Shown piece by piece: positions 49,124 to 59,203 of a DNA stretch of 64,000 nt. Below the pieces are notes generated by a model. That model ran no database searches. It was not told where the DNA came from and saw only the letters and a list, made by a program, of their open reading frames with translations. Position 1 is the stretch's first letter, and every line of letters starts with the position of its first letter. This stretch comes from Candidatus Hermodarchaeota archaeon (GTDB taxonomy: Archaea; Asgardarchaeota; Lokiarchaeia; Sigyniarchaeales; SOKP01): NCBI GenBank assembly GCA_048885525.1, contig JBHLLP010000017.1:1-64000 (forward strand), read 5' to 3'. Made by a program: the position numbers and the translations under genes.

Positions 49124-49965
49124 TGAATGAAAATGAAAGGAATTATAATAAGGTACGCGATAATTCCATAAACAATACAAAAGTACCCAAAATTAATTTT
49201 TTGAGCAACTTTGAGTAAAAATTCAATAGTCAAATATCCTACGAAAAAACAAATTATTGTAGTTAGAATTATTAAAAATGGCTCTATTATTCCAAAAACG
49301 GAACCATCCCCAAAAATGATATCTACAATAATTGAAGCAATTGCAACTGGTACAGACATTGAAAAACTTAACTTTAATGCGTTGTGTTGGTTGTAATCTT
49401 CTAATAAGACTGCTGATACAGTAATTCCTGAGCGGGAAACACCCGGTAAAATTGACACTCCTTGAATAAGACCTGCTAAAAAACTATCTTTGAGGATCTC
49501 ATTTTGCGGAACATCTTCAAGGGATCTTTTTCCATAGATTTTTCGTGTTTTAAGCAAAATAATACCAGTAATAACTAGCAATCCTGAAATTATTAACGTA
49601 ATTAAATCTCCTTGGAAAGCAGTAAAGCTCCCCGAAATAAGTATTCTAAATATAAAATAAAGTGGTAGAGCAGTAATTCCTGTCCCTATTGTAGCAAAAA
49701 CTAACCAATTTCTTTTTTTAATATCTATATCATCTGCTATATATGTTTTTGGTAAAAAACCTTTAAAAATTTTAATAAAATCAGTTCTGAACTTTACTAA
49801 TACAGCTAAAGTTGTGCCTAAATGTAACCAAATTGCAAGGCTATATGCCTCCTCGGCAGTAATACCAAATAGATTCACTGAAATTATAAATGTCTGCCCG
49901 CTAGATGATATTGGGAGCCATTCAAATAATCCTTGTAATATAGCAACAATTATGTATTCAATCAT
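49120..49965 (-). CDS. uppP: Polyprenyl-diphosphate phosphatase (BacA/UppP)
   Basis: QGLFEWLPISSSG, LHLGT, LPGVSRSGIT. Confidence 0.93.
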   Translation of the reverse strand: MIEYIIVAILQGLFEWLPISSSGQTFIISVNLFGITAEEAYSLAIWLHLGTTLAVLVKFRTDFIKIFKGFLPKTYIADDIDIKKRNWLVFATIGTGITALPLYFIFRILISGSFTAFQGDLITLIISGLLVITGIILLKTRKIYGKRSLEDVPQNEILKDSFLAGLIQGVSILPGVSRSGITVSAVLLEDYNQHNALKLSFSMSVPVAIASIIVDIIFGDGSVFGIIEPFLIILTTIICFFVGYLTIEFLLKVAQKINFGYFCIVYGIIAYLIIIPFIFIH

Positions 49966-49968
49966 TAT

Positions 49969-50448
49969 TCAAAATTTATACCTGTTTAATCCTTTCATTA
50001 AACATTCAATAATCTCATTACGAGCTTCTCTAAATCCCTCAATTTCTTTCATTGATGGATCTTTAATATCACCTTTCTCTCCAGCAAATTCCTTGATTGT
50101 TAATATCTTTTTGCTATCTATGTTAAAAAAATCCTTAATTTCTTTTATATGATTTTCTGTTAATGTAAGTATCAGATCAACATCATCTAGAATTTCAGGA
50201 TGTTTTTTTAAATCAATAGATAAAGAGCTTTCTGATAATTTAATTCCAACCTCTTCCATAGCTAATTTAGCATCCATTGATATCAACATCCCATCTCTAG
50301 CATGAGATGATATACCACATGACTTTACTTTAACATCTAAATTAAGTTTTGAGAAATAATCTTTTAGAAATCCCTCAGCCATACAACTCCGAGCTGTGTT
50401 TACGCTACAAGTAATTAATACTGATTTATAAGGAAACTTATTTTTCAT
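49969..50448 (-). CDS. Low-molecular-weight protein phosphatase (CX5R)
   Basis: CSVNTARSCMAE, DLILT, DIKDP. Confidence 0.9.
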   Translation of the reverse strand: MKNKFPYKSVLITCSVNTARSCMAEGFLKDYFSKLNLDVKVKSCGISSHARDGMLISMDAKLAMEEVGIKLSESSLSIDLKKHPEILDDVDLILTLTENHIKEIKDFFNIDSKKILTIKEFAGEKGDIKDPSMKEIEGFREARNEIIECLMKGLNRYKF

Positions 50449-50484
50449 TATATGAATGAAAAGATAGATCTAAAAAAATAATTT

Positions 50485-51162
50485 TTATTTCTTAAAACTC
50501 TCATTATTTGCGAATTTAATACCAATCTTTTTCATAGTTTCTAAAGCGTTATTTACATTACCTTCTGGTAAATCAACACCCCTCGTTAGATCTGCTAAAA
50601 AGTAGACTTTATAGCCAAAGTTAAAACCATCCATGGCAGTGAAATAGCAACAATAATCTAATGCTAATCCACATACAAAAATTCGATTGATTTTTTTTGA
50701 ATTTAAATATTCTTTCAATCCAGTTTCTAATTTCTTATCATTATCTTGGAATCCAGAATAGCTATCTACATTTGGATTCATTCCTTTTTTAATTACTTTA
50801 TCAGCTAAATCAACTTTTAAGTCTTTATGAAATTCTGCTCCTTTAGTACCTTGTACACAATGATCCGGCCATAATACTGGACCTATAGCTCCATCCTCAG
50901 ACATAAATTCATCTCCCGGAGATTTCCCAAGATGACTACTAGCAAAAGATAAATGATTTTTTGGATGCCAGTCTTGAGTTAACACCACTTGTGCTCCTTT
51001 TCTTTTAAATAATTTGGTAACGTCATTAATTCCGTTTATAATTAAATCTCCCTCATCAACTGCCAATGAACCTCCAGGTGTAAAATCGTATTGCATATCT
51101 ACAATTATTAGTGCATCTTTTTTATCAATCTTAATGTTTTTTTCAAACTCAATAGATTCCAT
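50485..51162 (-). CDS. pncA: Nicotinamidase/pyrazinamidase
   Basis: VDMQYDF.PGGSL, QDWHP, LWPDHC, DSYSGF, GLALDYC. Confidence 0.95.
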   Translation of the reverse strand: MESIEFEKNIKIDKKDALIIVDMQYDFTPGGSLAVDEGDLIINGINDVTKLFKRKGAQVVLTQDWHPKNHLSFASSHLGKSPGDEFMSEDGAIGPVLWPDHCVQGTKGAEFHKDLKVDLADKVIKKGMNPNVDSYSGFQDNDKKLETGLKEYLNSKKINRIFVCGLALDYCCYFTAMDGFNFGYKVYFLADLTRGVDLPEGNVNNALETMKKIGIKFANNESFKK

Positions 51163-51212
51163 AATAAAATCACAAATATAATTTCAATGAATACAATACA
51201 TTATAGTATTAA

Positions 51213-51890
51213 TTAAATCTTTTTATGTAGTAGATAACTGGAATTGTATAAGATCCAAAAGAGAATACTAAAATATACTACCCATTCGAAGACAGCCATG
51301 ATTGTAAAGACTCTCTGCCCAAAAGCATAACAGATCTCTCTGAAATAATTACAAAAATTTGTTATAAAAAACGGAATCAGGTATACAATTAAAATTCCAC
51401 CAATTATATAACCTATTCTCACTGGATATTTCGAGAACTTTATATTTTTTGACATTGCTAAACTAAAAAGGATAAATACAGCAGTGTTTCCCAACCAGCT
51501 ACATAAGGCAAAGAAACCATGTAAAGATTTAATAAATTCATTAACTCCAGAAAAAGTTCCTGTAAGTGCAACGCAGATTGAGGAAAAAATAGAAAAAATA
51601 ATAGCAATCTTCCTTAAAACTTCATTAACATTATCATCCTTAACAGCTCTACCTAAATAAATAAAAAATGGTATTGCCATTAATCCTGAAATTATCAATC
51701 CAGTTCTTAAAAAGATTCCACCACTTAAATCACCCAATATACTTATTGATTGTCTCCACCAAATATATTCAGGTGTTGTAAGTAGAGCTAAGGAATCTCC
51801 AAGAAATCCGACAGTAAATGCTACAAAACCAAATAAATAGCCTGGAATAAGTTTGAAAAGTTTGTCAAAGAATTCATTAATCTTTTCCAT
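51213..51890 (-). CDS. DUF998-like membrane protein
   Basis: ISILG, GTF, LHG, FEW pattern; 5-6 TM. Confidence 0.65.
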   Translation of the reverse strand: MEKINEFFDKLFKLIPGYLFGFVAFTVGFLGDSLALLTTPEYIWWRQSISILGDLSGGIFLRTGLIISGLMAIPFFIYLGRAVKDDNVNEVLRKIAIIFSIFSSICVALTGTFSGVNEFIKSLHGFFALCSWLGNTAVFILFSLAMSKNIKFSKYPVRIGYIIGGILIVYLIPFFITNFCNYFREICYAFGQRVFTIMAVFEWVVYFSILFWILYNSSYLLHKKI

Positions 51891-51978
51891 AATATTTCCC
51901 TTACATGATTTACTTAATAAAAATTTTCTTTATAATTTACTAACTCCCATTTTAGAACAAGAGTATCTATTAAACTAA

Positions 51979-52629
51979 TTAAATTTTCTTATGTATCATA
52001 TATATAGGGACAAAAAAATACCACAAAATTACAGCTACTGTGCTAATCCACTCTATCAACGGCAATATTTCCATTATAAATCTTAAAACTGGAAAAAGGT
52101 GTAAGAAAAAGAGTACAATTAAAAGAGCAAATATAGAAGACACAAAAAAGCCAAAATAACCAAGATACTCTGAATAATTAGAATCTCTTATCATTAATAT
52201 ATTGAAGAGAGTAATATAACACAATCCGAAAATATAACTTATTATAGCTGCTATACCATGTAGATACTGAATTACTATATTAGACCCACAAAATATTCCT
52301 AAAATTATAAAACTTATACATGCAATATTAGCACTTATATTAGCACCATTAATCAAGTTTTTATTATTCTCTTTTTTAATGAATGTGCTACGAAAATAAT
52401 TAACAAAAATCAAAGCAAATGCTCCTGAGAAGATATTTCCAAGATTAAAAAATAAACCTCCAGGTCCTAAACATAATGCACTTACCGCCATTTCCATAAA
52501 ATTATATTCAGGGTACATTAATAATGCAATAATATCTCCTAAGATGCCCGAAGTGATTGATAACAACCCAAATAGGCTTGCTGGAATAATATTGTTCAAT
52601 TTTTCGATAAACTTATCAATTTTGGTCAT
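51979..52629 (-). CDS. DUF998-like membrane protein, tandem paralogue of 51213-51890
   Basis: Shared IP..LFG, LGD..ALL..PEY, LHG, EW and HKKI end. Confidence 0.65.
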   Translation of the reverse strand: MTKIDKFIEKLNNIIPASLFGLLSITSGILGDIIALLMYPEYNFMEMAVSALCLGPGGLFFNLGNIFSGAFALIFVNYFRSTFIKKENNKNLINGANISANIACISFIILGIFCGSNIVIQYLHGIAAIISYIFGLCYITLFNILMIRDSNYSEYLGYFGFFVSSIFALLIVLFFLHLFPVLRFIMEILPLIEWISTVAVILWYFFVPIYMIHKKI

Positions 52630-52854
52630 TTGAATTTTAATTTTTATTTTATTTGTGAATTTGAGGATTTTAGCAACATTTTGCCTATATATCTTATAAT
52701 AATAAAAATAAAATGAAAAAAATAATAAGAATTTCGAAAAATGAAGAAATCACTAATTTGGCTTGTTTTACAAAAAATTTTAATTATTAACCCAAATTAT
52801 TGTGATATATATTTTTTTGGTAAAAATTAATTAATAGAACTTTTATAAAAATTT

Positions 52855-52926
52855 GCGCTCGTAGTATAGGGGTTAGTATGCGAGGTTCCCAACCTTGCGA
52901 CCCGGGTTCAATTCCCGGCGGGCGCA
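52855..52926 (+). tRNA. tRNA-Gly(CCC), intron-less
   Basis: GCGCTCG/CGGGCGC acceptor, CGAGG-TTCCCAA-CCTTG anticodon arm, CCGGG-TTCAATT-CCCGG T arm. Confidence 0.96.
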
Positions 52927-53003
52927 CTTTACTTAGAAAATAAATGAAAAATAGTTGATTTCATTAAAAATTAACGTTTTAATATTAATATTACTATCAA
53001 TTT

Positions 53004-55193
53004 TTACCAGGAAATTCCCTTAAAAAACTTTATATCTTTAATAAGTTTTTGAGATTCATGTTTTGGAACTTCCATAAATGCAAAGAATTCATTCTGCCAA
53101 AAGGCTCTACCAGATGTAGCTGACCGGACTTCTTCAGCAAAATTGATTGAATATCTAACAGGTATTAAGATCTCAATAACCGCTTGATATTCTTTATCTT
53201 GATCAATACTATTAATTTTTGCAGAATATTTTGAAAGTAAAGTAATGGTATTCTTAATGTATTCTGGAGGAAGCTGGATGATTGTGTGGTAAATTGGTTC
53301 TAATAGGATTAATTCGCCTTCAATCAATCCTGCTTTTAATGCTTCATAGAACATGACTGATAATTCATTAAACACGTTTTCTTCAGAGATCTTCTCAATG
53401 TCTAAAGATTCAATAGTAATTTTAATTTCTGCAAGTTTTTCAGAACATAATGGACCATTTAACTTCACTTTTTCAAAAATCTCAAAAATAACATTTTTAT
53501 GAAAGTCATTTAGTTCAAATCCTCCATTATAAACCAATATGTTTTGGTCATAATCACACATTAGGAAATTTTCGATTTCTCCTTCACGTAGAGATGTTTC
53601 AGCTTTCAATATTTCTTTTAATTTGGAAAAGGGTTTAATCATTTTATAATCTATATTTCGGAAAAACTTTACAGTATTATCATCTAATCTTTCAATTTTC
53701 AATTCAAGAAAGCCTTGACCATTGGGAGAATTTACAGAAATCAACGAGGAATTTTTACGACAAGATTCTTTAAATACTGCTCTAGGTTCGGATGTGGAGA
53801 CATCTACCCCTCTCTTTCCAATTTCTTGAGCAGTAACTTCAAGATGCAATGGACCCATCCCTGATAATAAGAATTCTCCATTTTCTTCATTAATTTCAAA
53901 TCTTAAATTTGGATCTTCAATTAATATATTCTCTATTAATTCTTTCATTTTATCGAGGTCTCTTAGATATTCTGGTTCAACTGAAACAGTCACAACAGGA
54001 GTAGTAACATATTTTACACTTTCGAATGGTACCATTCCATCAATATTGTTGCTATCTATTATTGTCTCACCACTTTTTATTCTTTTTAAACCCTCTATCG
54101 CAACTATATTCCCTACAGGTATTTTTTCTACTTGTTCTCTTCTCTGTCCCATAAAGATAGCTATTCGTTGAATTCTATCATAATTATTTTCATTTAAAAG
54201 AAAGATCTCTTTTTTATTTGTACAACTTCCAGAAAATATCCTTCCTGTTGAGATTAAACCATGCTTATCTACTTGTACTTTACTTAAACAAACTATTAAA
54301 GGGCCATTGGGGTCACAATTAACCATAGCTTTTCCTAGTTCAGTATTAACATCTCCATCCCAGATCTTTTTAATTCTATATTTTTGCGCTTCTTTTGGAT
54401 TTGGTAAATGATCCACAACCATTTCCAATATAGCTCTATGAATTGGAAAATAAGTGCTTAAATCTGCATAAGAATCTTTTGTATATGTATCTTTATTATA
54501 CCTTTCCCTAATATCCTTAAATTTTATTGGGCTTTTTTCTAAGATCTTTAAAGTAAAACCCCATTTATGAAGTGCTGAACCAAATGCAACATTTCCAGCG
54601 AGAGGAGATACCTTCCATCTTTTATTGAATGGATATCCCGCATATCTTTCTATTAGTGTATTAAATGATTTAATAATTCTTATATATTTCTCTTTAATTT
54701 CCTCATCAGAAAGCTTTAATTCTCTTATTAAACGATCTATTTTATTGATGAATAATACTGGTTTAACCCCTTCTTGTAATGCTTGTTTAATCACGGTTTC
54801 TGACTGAGTTATTAGTTCTTCAACAACGTCAACAACCACAACACAGCCATCAACTAAACGTAAAGCCCGGGAAACTTTCCCACTAAAATCTAAATGTCCA
54901 GGAGTATCTACTAAATTAATCAGAAAAGGATCATGACCTTCAAGAGATTTTTCATAATATAAAGAGATATTAGCAGATTTCATAGTGATGCCTCTTCTTT
55001 GTTCCTCTTCAAGAAAATCTAGAGCTCGTGCTTCACCTGCCAAATCTGGTGATAAAAATCCTGCTTCGCTTAATAGAGAATCAGAAAGAGTTGTTTTTCC
55101 ATGATCTATATGGCCAACTAAACCAAAATTTCTTATATTTTCTGTTTTCTCCATTAAATTTAGTATTTCTGAAATTTCCTTTCTTCGAGGCAT
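53004..55193 (-). CDS. Elongation factor 2 paralogue (aEF-2p type, no diphthamide HRG motif)
   Basis: GHIDHGKTT, RGIT, DTPGH, NKID, GMGPLHLE, LLEP, RSATSGRA; domain IV loop lacks HRG. Confidence 0.9.
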   Translation of the reverse strand: MPRRKEISEILNLMEKTENIRNFGLVGHIDHGKTTLSDSLLSEAGFLSPDLAGEARALDFLEEEQRRGITMKSANISLYYEKSLEGHDPFLINLVDTPGHLDFSGKVSRALRLVDGCVVVVDVVEELITQSETVIKQALQEGVKPVLFINKIDRLIRELKLSDEEIKEKYIRIIKSFNTLIERYAGYPFNKRWKVSPLAGNVAFGSALHKWGFTLKILEKSPIKFKDIRERYNKDTYTKDSYADLSTYFPIHRAILEMVVDHLPNPKEAQKYRIKKIWDGDVNTELGKAMVNCDPNGPLIVCLSKVQVDKHGLISTGRIFSGSCTNKKEIFLLNENNYDRIQRIAIFMGQRREQVEKIPVGNIVAIEGLKRIKSGETIIDSNNIDGMVPFESVKYVTTPVVTVSVEPEYLRDLDKMKELIENILIEDPNLRFEINEENGEFLLSGMGPLHLEVTAQEIGKRGVDVSTSEPRAVFKESCRKNSSLISVNSPNGQGFLELKIERLDDNTVKFFRNIDYKMIKPFSKLKEILKAETSLREGEIENFLMCDYDQNILVYNGGFELNDFHKNVIFEIFEKVKLNGPLCSEKLAEIKITIESLDIEKISEENVFNELSVMFYEALKAGLIEGELILLEPIYHTIIQLPPEYIKNTITLLSKYSAKINSIDQDKEYQAVIEILIPVRYSINFAEEVRSATSGRAFWQNEFFAFMEVPKHESQKLIKDIKFFKGISW

Positions 55194-55552
55194 TTTCTAA
55201 TAATTACCATTTCTAAGATATTATTTAGGATTATAAATACTTTGATTAAAATCTTAGGATTTTTATCTGAAGAAAATTAGCGGGAAATGATTTTTCATAA
55301 CTCAAGATCTTCTACATTTACCAACTATTCAACGTTGATATCAGATGGGTCAGAGCAATCATTTTATCATTTCCCATTTAAATTTAAGATATGGTTTAAT
55401 TTAACTTATTATAATTTAACTTCACCGTTAAAATTATTTATAAAATATTTAAGAAATAAAATGAGAAAATGTGATTTAAGATTAGCAAAAAAGCATGTTA
55501 AGATATTTAGTTAGATCCTTAAAATATTTCTCCATTCTATTTAATAGTAAAT

Positions 55553-56995
55553 TTAGATTAAGTATGTATTATGATACCAATCTTTGAATTCCATAAAAAG
55601 ATCTGATTGGAAGGTTCTCAGTAGATTTCCTTTTGCGTCAACTTCAATTTTTTCAAAGAGCTCGTTACAAATATCAGTGTTATTTACAGCAATATTCTCG
55701 TTCCAATTTGGATCTGTAGTGAGATCAAACAATTTCAACTCTTTTTTATCATTTGAGGCAATTAGAGCATAATGGTCATCTTTGTATAAAGTCCATAAAG
55801 CCATTCCACAGGTAATATAATCACGGTTTTCTAATTTTTGGTCATCTGCATCTTTGAATAAAGATAAGTCTTCACCATCAAAAATGTCAAGCTTTTCAGC
55901 GCCAATAAAACCAAAAATAGTAGGTAAAATATCGTGATTATAGACATAAGATTTGCGAATTCGCTTAGGTCCATTGATTCCTCCTGGGGGTTTTATCATT
56001 AATGGGATATCTACTAATTCAGGAAACATAAATCTGGGAATCTTGCCCGTAGCACCATGTTCTCCCAAACTATGCCCATGATCGCTGATTAAGATTATCA
56101 GAGAATCATCGTATATTTCCATGTCTTTTAACTTATCAATAAAATGTCCAAACCATTTGTCGCAAAGGGAAACTTCTCCTGCATAATTCGCTTTCAAACA
56201 TTTTAATTCCTCATCTGAAATGTTATTTAGATTTTCACTGTAAAATGGATGGATTATATTATTTCCGGTATAACTCTTATCCATATATAGATCTGAATAT
56301 TTTTGAGGAGGATCCCATGGTTCATGGGGATCAAATTCATCGATTAGGCAAAAAACATTCCTAAAATCTTTTAAATTTTCAATAGTTTTAATAGCCCGCT
56401 TAAAAGTTCTCGCTGGAAAATGATCTTCCTCTGATTTTCGATCTTGTACATTTGAAAAATATTTTTTCAATAATAATTTGTGAATTTGGCGTGCTCCTCT
56501 ATTAATTTTGGTTTTTTTAACAAGATATTTTTCTATAAAGTGATTGATTTCACTTTTTTTCCCTCGCATTCGTGCCTTATATTTGTCATACTCATGCCCC
56601 CGTATAATATGCCATTCTTCAAATCCGAGATGATAATTCATATTTGGTTTAAATTGATGATAGGTACTCGTTATAAAACAGGTTATATATGCCTTTTTGT
56701 TCATATATTCTGAAAGATGAGTTTGATCTGGTGGAATAGGACCCCAACCAGGAGCTTCTACAATATCATCAGTTCTAAGTTTAGGTGCGTCATGATTAAA
56801 AGGGAATGTGCGAATTCCTGTATGGATAGAACGGCGAACGGGCAATGTTGGTAAGGATTCGGGATATGCATTCTCAAATACTATTGAATCCTTACCCAAC
56901 TCATCAAAATTTGGTGCTTTAATCCATGAATTATGATATATCTTGCCTGTATGGTCCTTTCTCAAAGTATCAAAAATTACTACAAATATTTTCAT
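55553..56995 (-). CDS. Sulfatase-like alkaline-phosphatase superfamily hydrolase
   Basis: DTLRKD, PTLPVRRSIHTG, FDPHEPW, SDHG. Confidence 0.88.
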   Translation of the reverse strand: MKIFVVIFDTLRKDHTGKIYHNSWIKAPNFDELGKDSIVFENAYPESLPTLPVRRSIHTGIRTFPFNHDAPKLRTDDIVEAPGWGPIPPDQTHLSEYMNKKAYITCFITSTYHQFKPNMNYHLGFEEWHIIRGHEYDKYKARMRGKKSEINHFIEKYLVKKTKINRGARQIHKLLLKKYFSNVQDRKSEEDHFPARTFKRAIKTIENLKDFRNVFCLIDEFDPHEPWDPPQKYSDLYMDKSYTGNNIIHPFYSENLNNISDEELKCLKANYAGEVSLCDKWFGHFIDKLKDMEIYDDSLIILISDHGHSLGEHGATGKIPRFMFPELVDIPLMIKPPGGINGPKRIRKSYVYNHDILPTIFGFIGAEKLDIFDGEDLSLFKDADDQKLENRDYITCGMALWTLYKDDHYALIASNDKKELKLFDLTTDPNWNENIAVNNTDICNELFEKIEVDAKGNLLRTFQSDLFMEFKDWYHNTYLI

Positions 56996-57068
56996 ATTTG
57001 AAAAATTGATGAGAATTATATAAATATTAAGATTTATTTGAAATAGTGAAAATTTTTTCTATGTCGCT

Positions 57069-58076
57069 ATGATTTTGAGTAAAACACCCGTTAGAATCGC
57101 ATTTGGGGGCGGTGGAACCGATATTGAGCCTTACTCTTCAGATTACGAAGGATATGTAGTAAATATTACAATTGACAAATATATTAAATGCGAATTAACA
57201 AAACAAAAGGATAACAGAATAAATATCTATTCGAATGATAAATTTTCTAATTATCATCTTAGAAGTATTCAAGATATTAGCAAAATTAAGGAACCTTCTA
57301 ATATCATTGAAGCTGTGCTTCAATTAATGTGTCCAAAACTGGGATTGGACATAAATATAGACGTTGAGCCTCCAAAACAAGCAGGATTGGGAGCATCCGC
57401 AAGTTTGAGTACAGCTTTAATCGCTGGCCTATTAAAAATTGAAAACAAGGAAATTAATCCAAATAAAGTTGCCGAAAAGGGTTATTATGTAGAACAATAT
57501 ATACTAAAAAATGAGGGAGGTCGTCAAGACCAATATGCTGCGGTTTATGGTGGCCTTAATAGTTTAATTTTTTCTGGTAATTCAAATGTAAAAGTTGAAA
57601 AGCTTAAAATTTCGGATTCTTTCTTAAAAAAAATCGAAAAAAATTTACTCCTCTATTATACTGGAGAGTCTCACACAAGTGGCGATATGGTACGCAGACA
57701 AGTTAAAAGTTATATAGATGATAAGGAGCAATCCAAAAGATCCTTAGATAAATTAAAAGGAATTGCCTATGAGATAAGAGATTCATTAATATCTGAAAAT
57801 TATGAAAGATTTGGTAAACTTTTAGCAGAAGATTTACAAGAAAAAACACAATTTAATCCTTTTCTGACAACCGATTATATGAAACACTTAGATAAAGTCT
57901 TAATGAAAAATGGTGCTATTGGGGGCCGTGTGTGCGGTGCTGGAGGTGGAGGTTGCATGATTTGGCTCCTTAAACCTGACAAGAACAAAATGATTAGACA
58001 ATTATTAAAACGAGAACTCGGAAATATTATTTCTTATAAGTTTGTGCATAAGGGATTGGAACTTTTAGAAGTCTAA
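57069..58076 (+). CDS. GHMP sugar kinase (HddA-like)
   Basis: PVRIAFGGGGTD, GLGASAS, GGRQDQY, GAGGGG. Confidence 0.9.
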   Translation: MILSKTPVRIAFGGGGTDIEPYSSDYEGYVVNITIDKYIKCELTKQKDNRINIYSNDKFSNYHLRSIQDISKIKEPSNIIEAVLQLMCPKLGLDINIDVEPPKQAGLGASASLSTALIAGLLKIENKEINPNKVAEKGYYVEQYILKNEGGRQDQYAAVYGGLNSLIFSGNSNVKVEKLKISDSFLKKIEKNLLLYYTGESHTSGDMVRRQVKSYIDDKEQSKRSLDKLKGIAYEIRDSLISENYERFGKLLAEDLQEKTQFNPFLTTDYMKHLDKVLMKNGAIGGRVCGAGGGGCMIWLLKPDKNKMIRQLLKRELGNIISYKFVHKGLELLEV

Positions 58077-58140
58077 TATCTAAATAAAATTTCTGGACAT
58101 GAATTTATAAATAATTGATATAAACATAATAAAGTAAGAG

Positions 58141-58773
58141 TTATAATTTAACTTCTCCATCAATACGTACAATTCTTCCATCAATATGTAATCTTCCATC
58201 ATAGAACAACTCAATTGCTTTAGCAAATGCCTTATGTTCCCATTCCAAGATTCTAGGACCTAGGGTATCTTTTGTATCTGTATCATAAACAGGTACTGCA
58301 TGTTGAATAATAATTGGGCCGTGATCTTCATGGATATCAACAAAATGGACTGTGACTCCCGAAATTTTAACACCATAAGCTAGAGCATCTTCATGAGCAT
58401 GCATACCTTTAAAGCTGGGAAGAAGGGCTGGATGAATGTTCATAATCTTACCTTTAAAATGGTTTATGAAAAGTTCGCTGACAAAACGCATGTAGCCAAC
58501 AAGCACAATAAGTTCACAGCCATATTTATCTAGTATTTCTATCATTTTTTGGTCAAATTCTTCTCTAGTTCCTCTATGCTTGTCTGATTCAATTAAAACC
58601 CATGGGATATTATGATTTTTAGCTCTTTCCATACAATATGCTCCTGCCTTATTACAAATGAGTACTTTTACTATTGCCTTATCTTTTAAAATCCCAGTTT
58701 CACATGCGTTAACTATTGCCTCAAAATTCGAACCCGATCCACTAGCAAGTGCTCCAATTTTTAACTTTCCCAT
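58141..58773 (-). CDS. purN: Phosphoribosylglycinamide formyltransferase
   Basis: SGSGSN, GYMR, NIHPALLP, GVTVHFV, DHGPII. Confidence 0.96.
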   Translation of the reverse strand: MGKLKIGALASGSGSNFEAIVNACETGILKDKAIVKVLICNKAGAYCMERAKNHNIPWVLIESDKHRGTREEFDQKMIEILDKYGCELIVLVGYMRFVSELFINHFKGKIMNIHPALLPSFKGMHAHEDALAYGVKISGVTVHFVDIHEDHGPIIIQHAVPVYDTDTKDTLGPRILEWEHKAFAKAIELFYDGRLHIDGRIVRIDGEVKL

Positions 58774-59203
58774 ATTATATTCAATTGTTTTCTATCAAAA
58801 AAATATATCTTATTAATGAAGAATTATGAGAAAAAAAGAGAGTTCAAAAAAAAGATTATATAATTATTTTGGTTATTTTATAATGAAAATGTTTTTATTT
58901 GATTAATTTATTTTAATCTTAGAAATTTAGTAATATTTCATTCTGAAAATAATTCTCTTCTTAAAATATACCATATTGTAAGAGAATATAATACTATTTA
59001 TTAAAAATAAGCATTTACAAATTATCAAACAATATTTAAGTATAAAAGACATTCCGATTGAGATTAATAGTTACATCAATAATAATCACATTAATAGGAG
59101 AGACAAAACAAAAAATAAAGAAAATTGATTCTAAATTTCGCAATTTAACAAGAAATAAATTTTGTAAACATAAGAAATTAAATAACTACAATAATGAAGA
59201 TTT

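Noticed and set aside
55287-55514. Free-standing 75-aa ORF
   Set aside because: Intergenic-like composition and no motif; cannot be supported, though not excluded.
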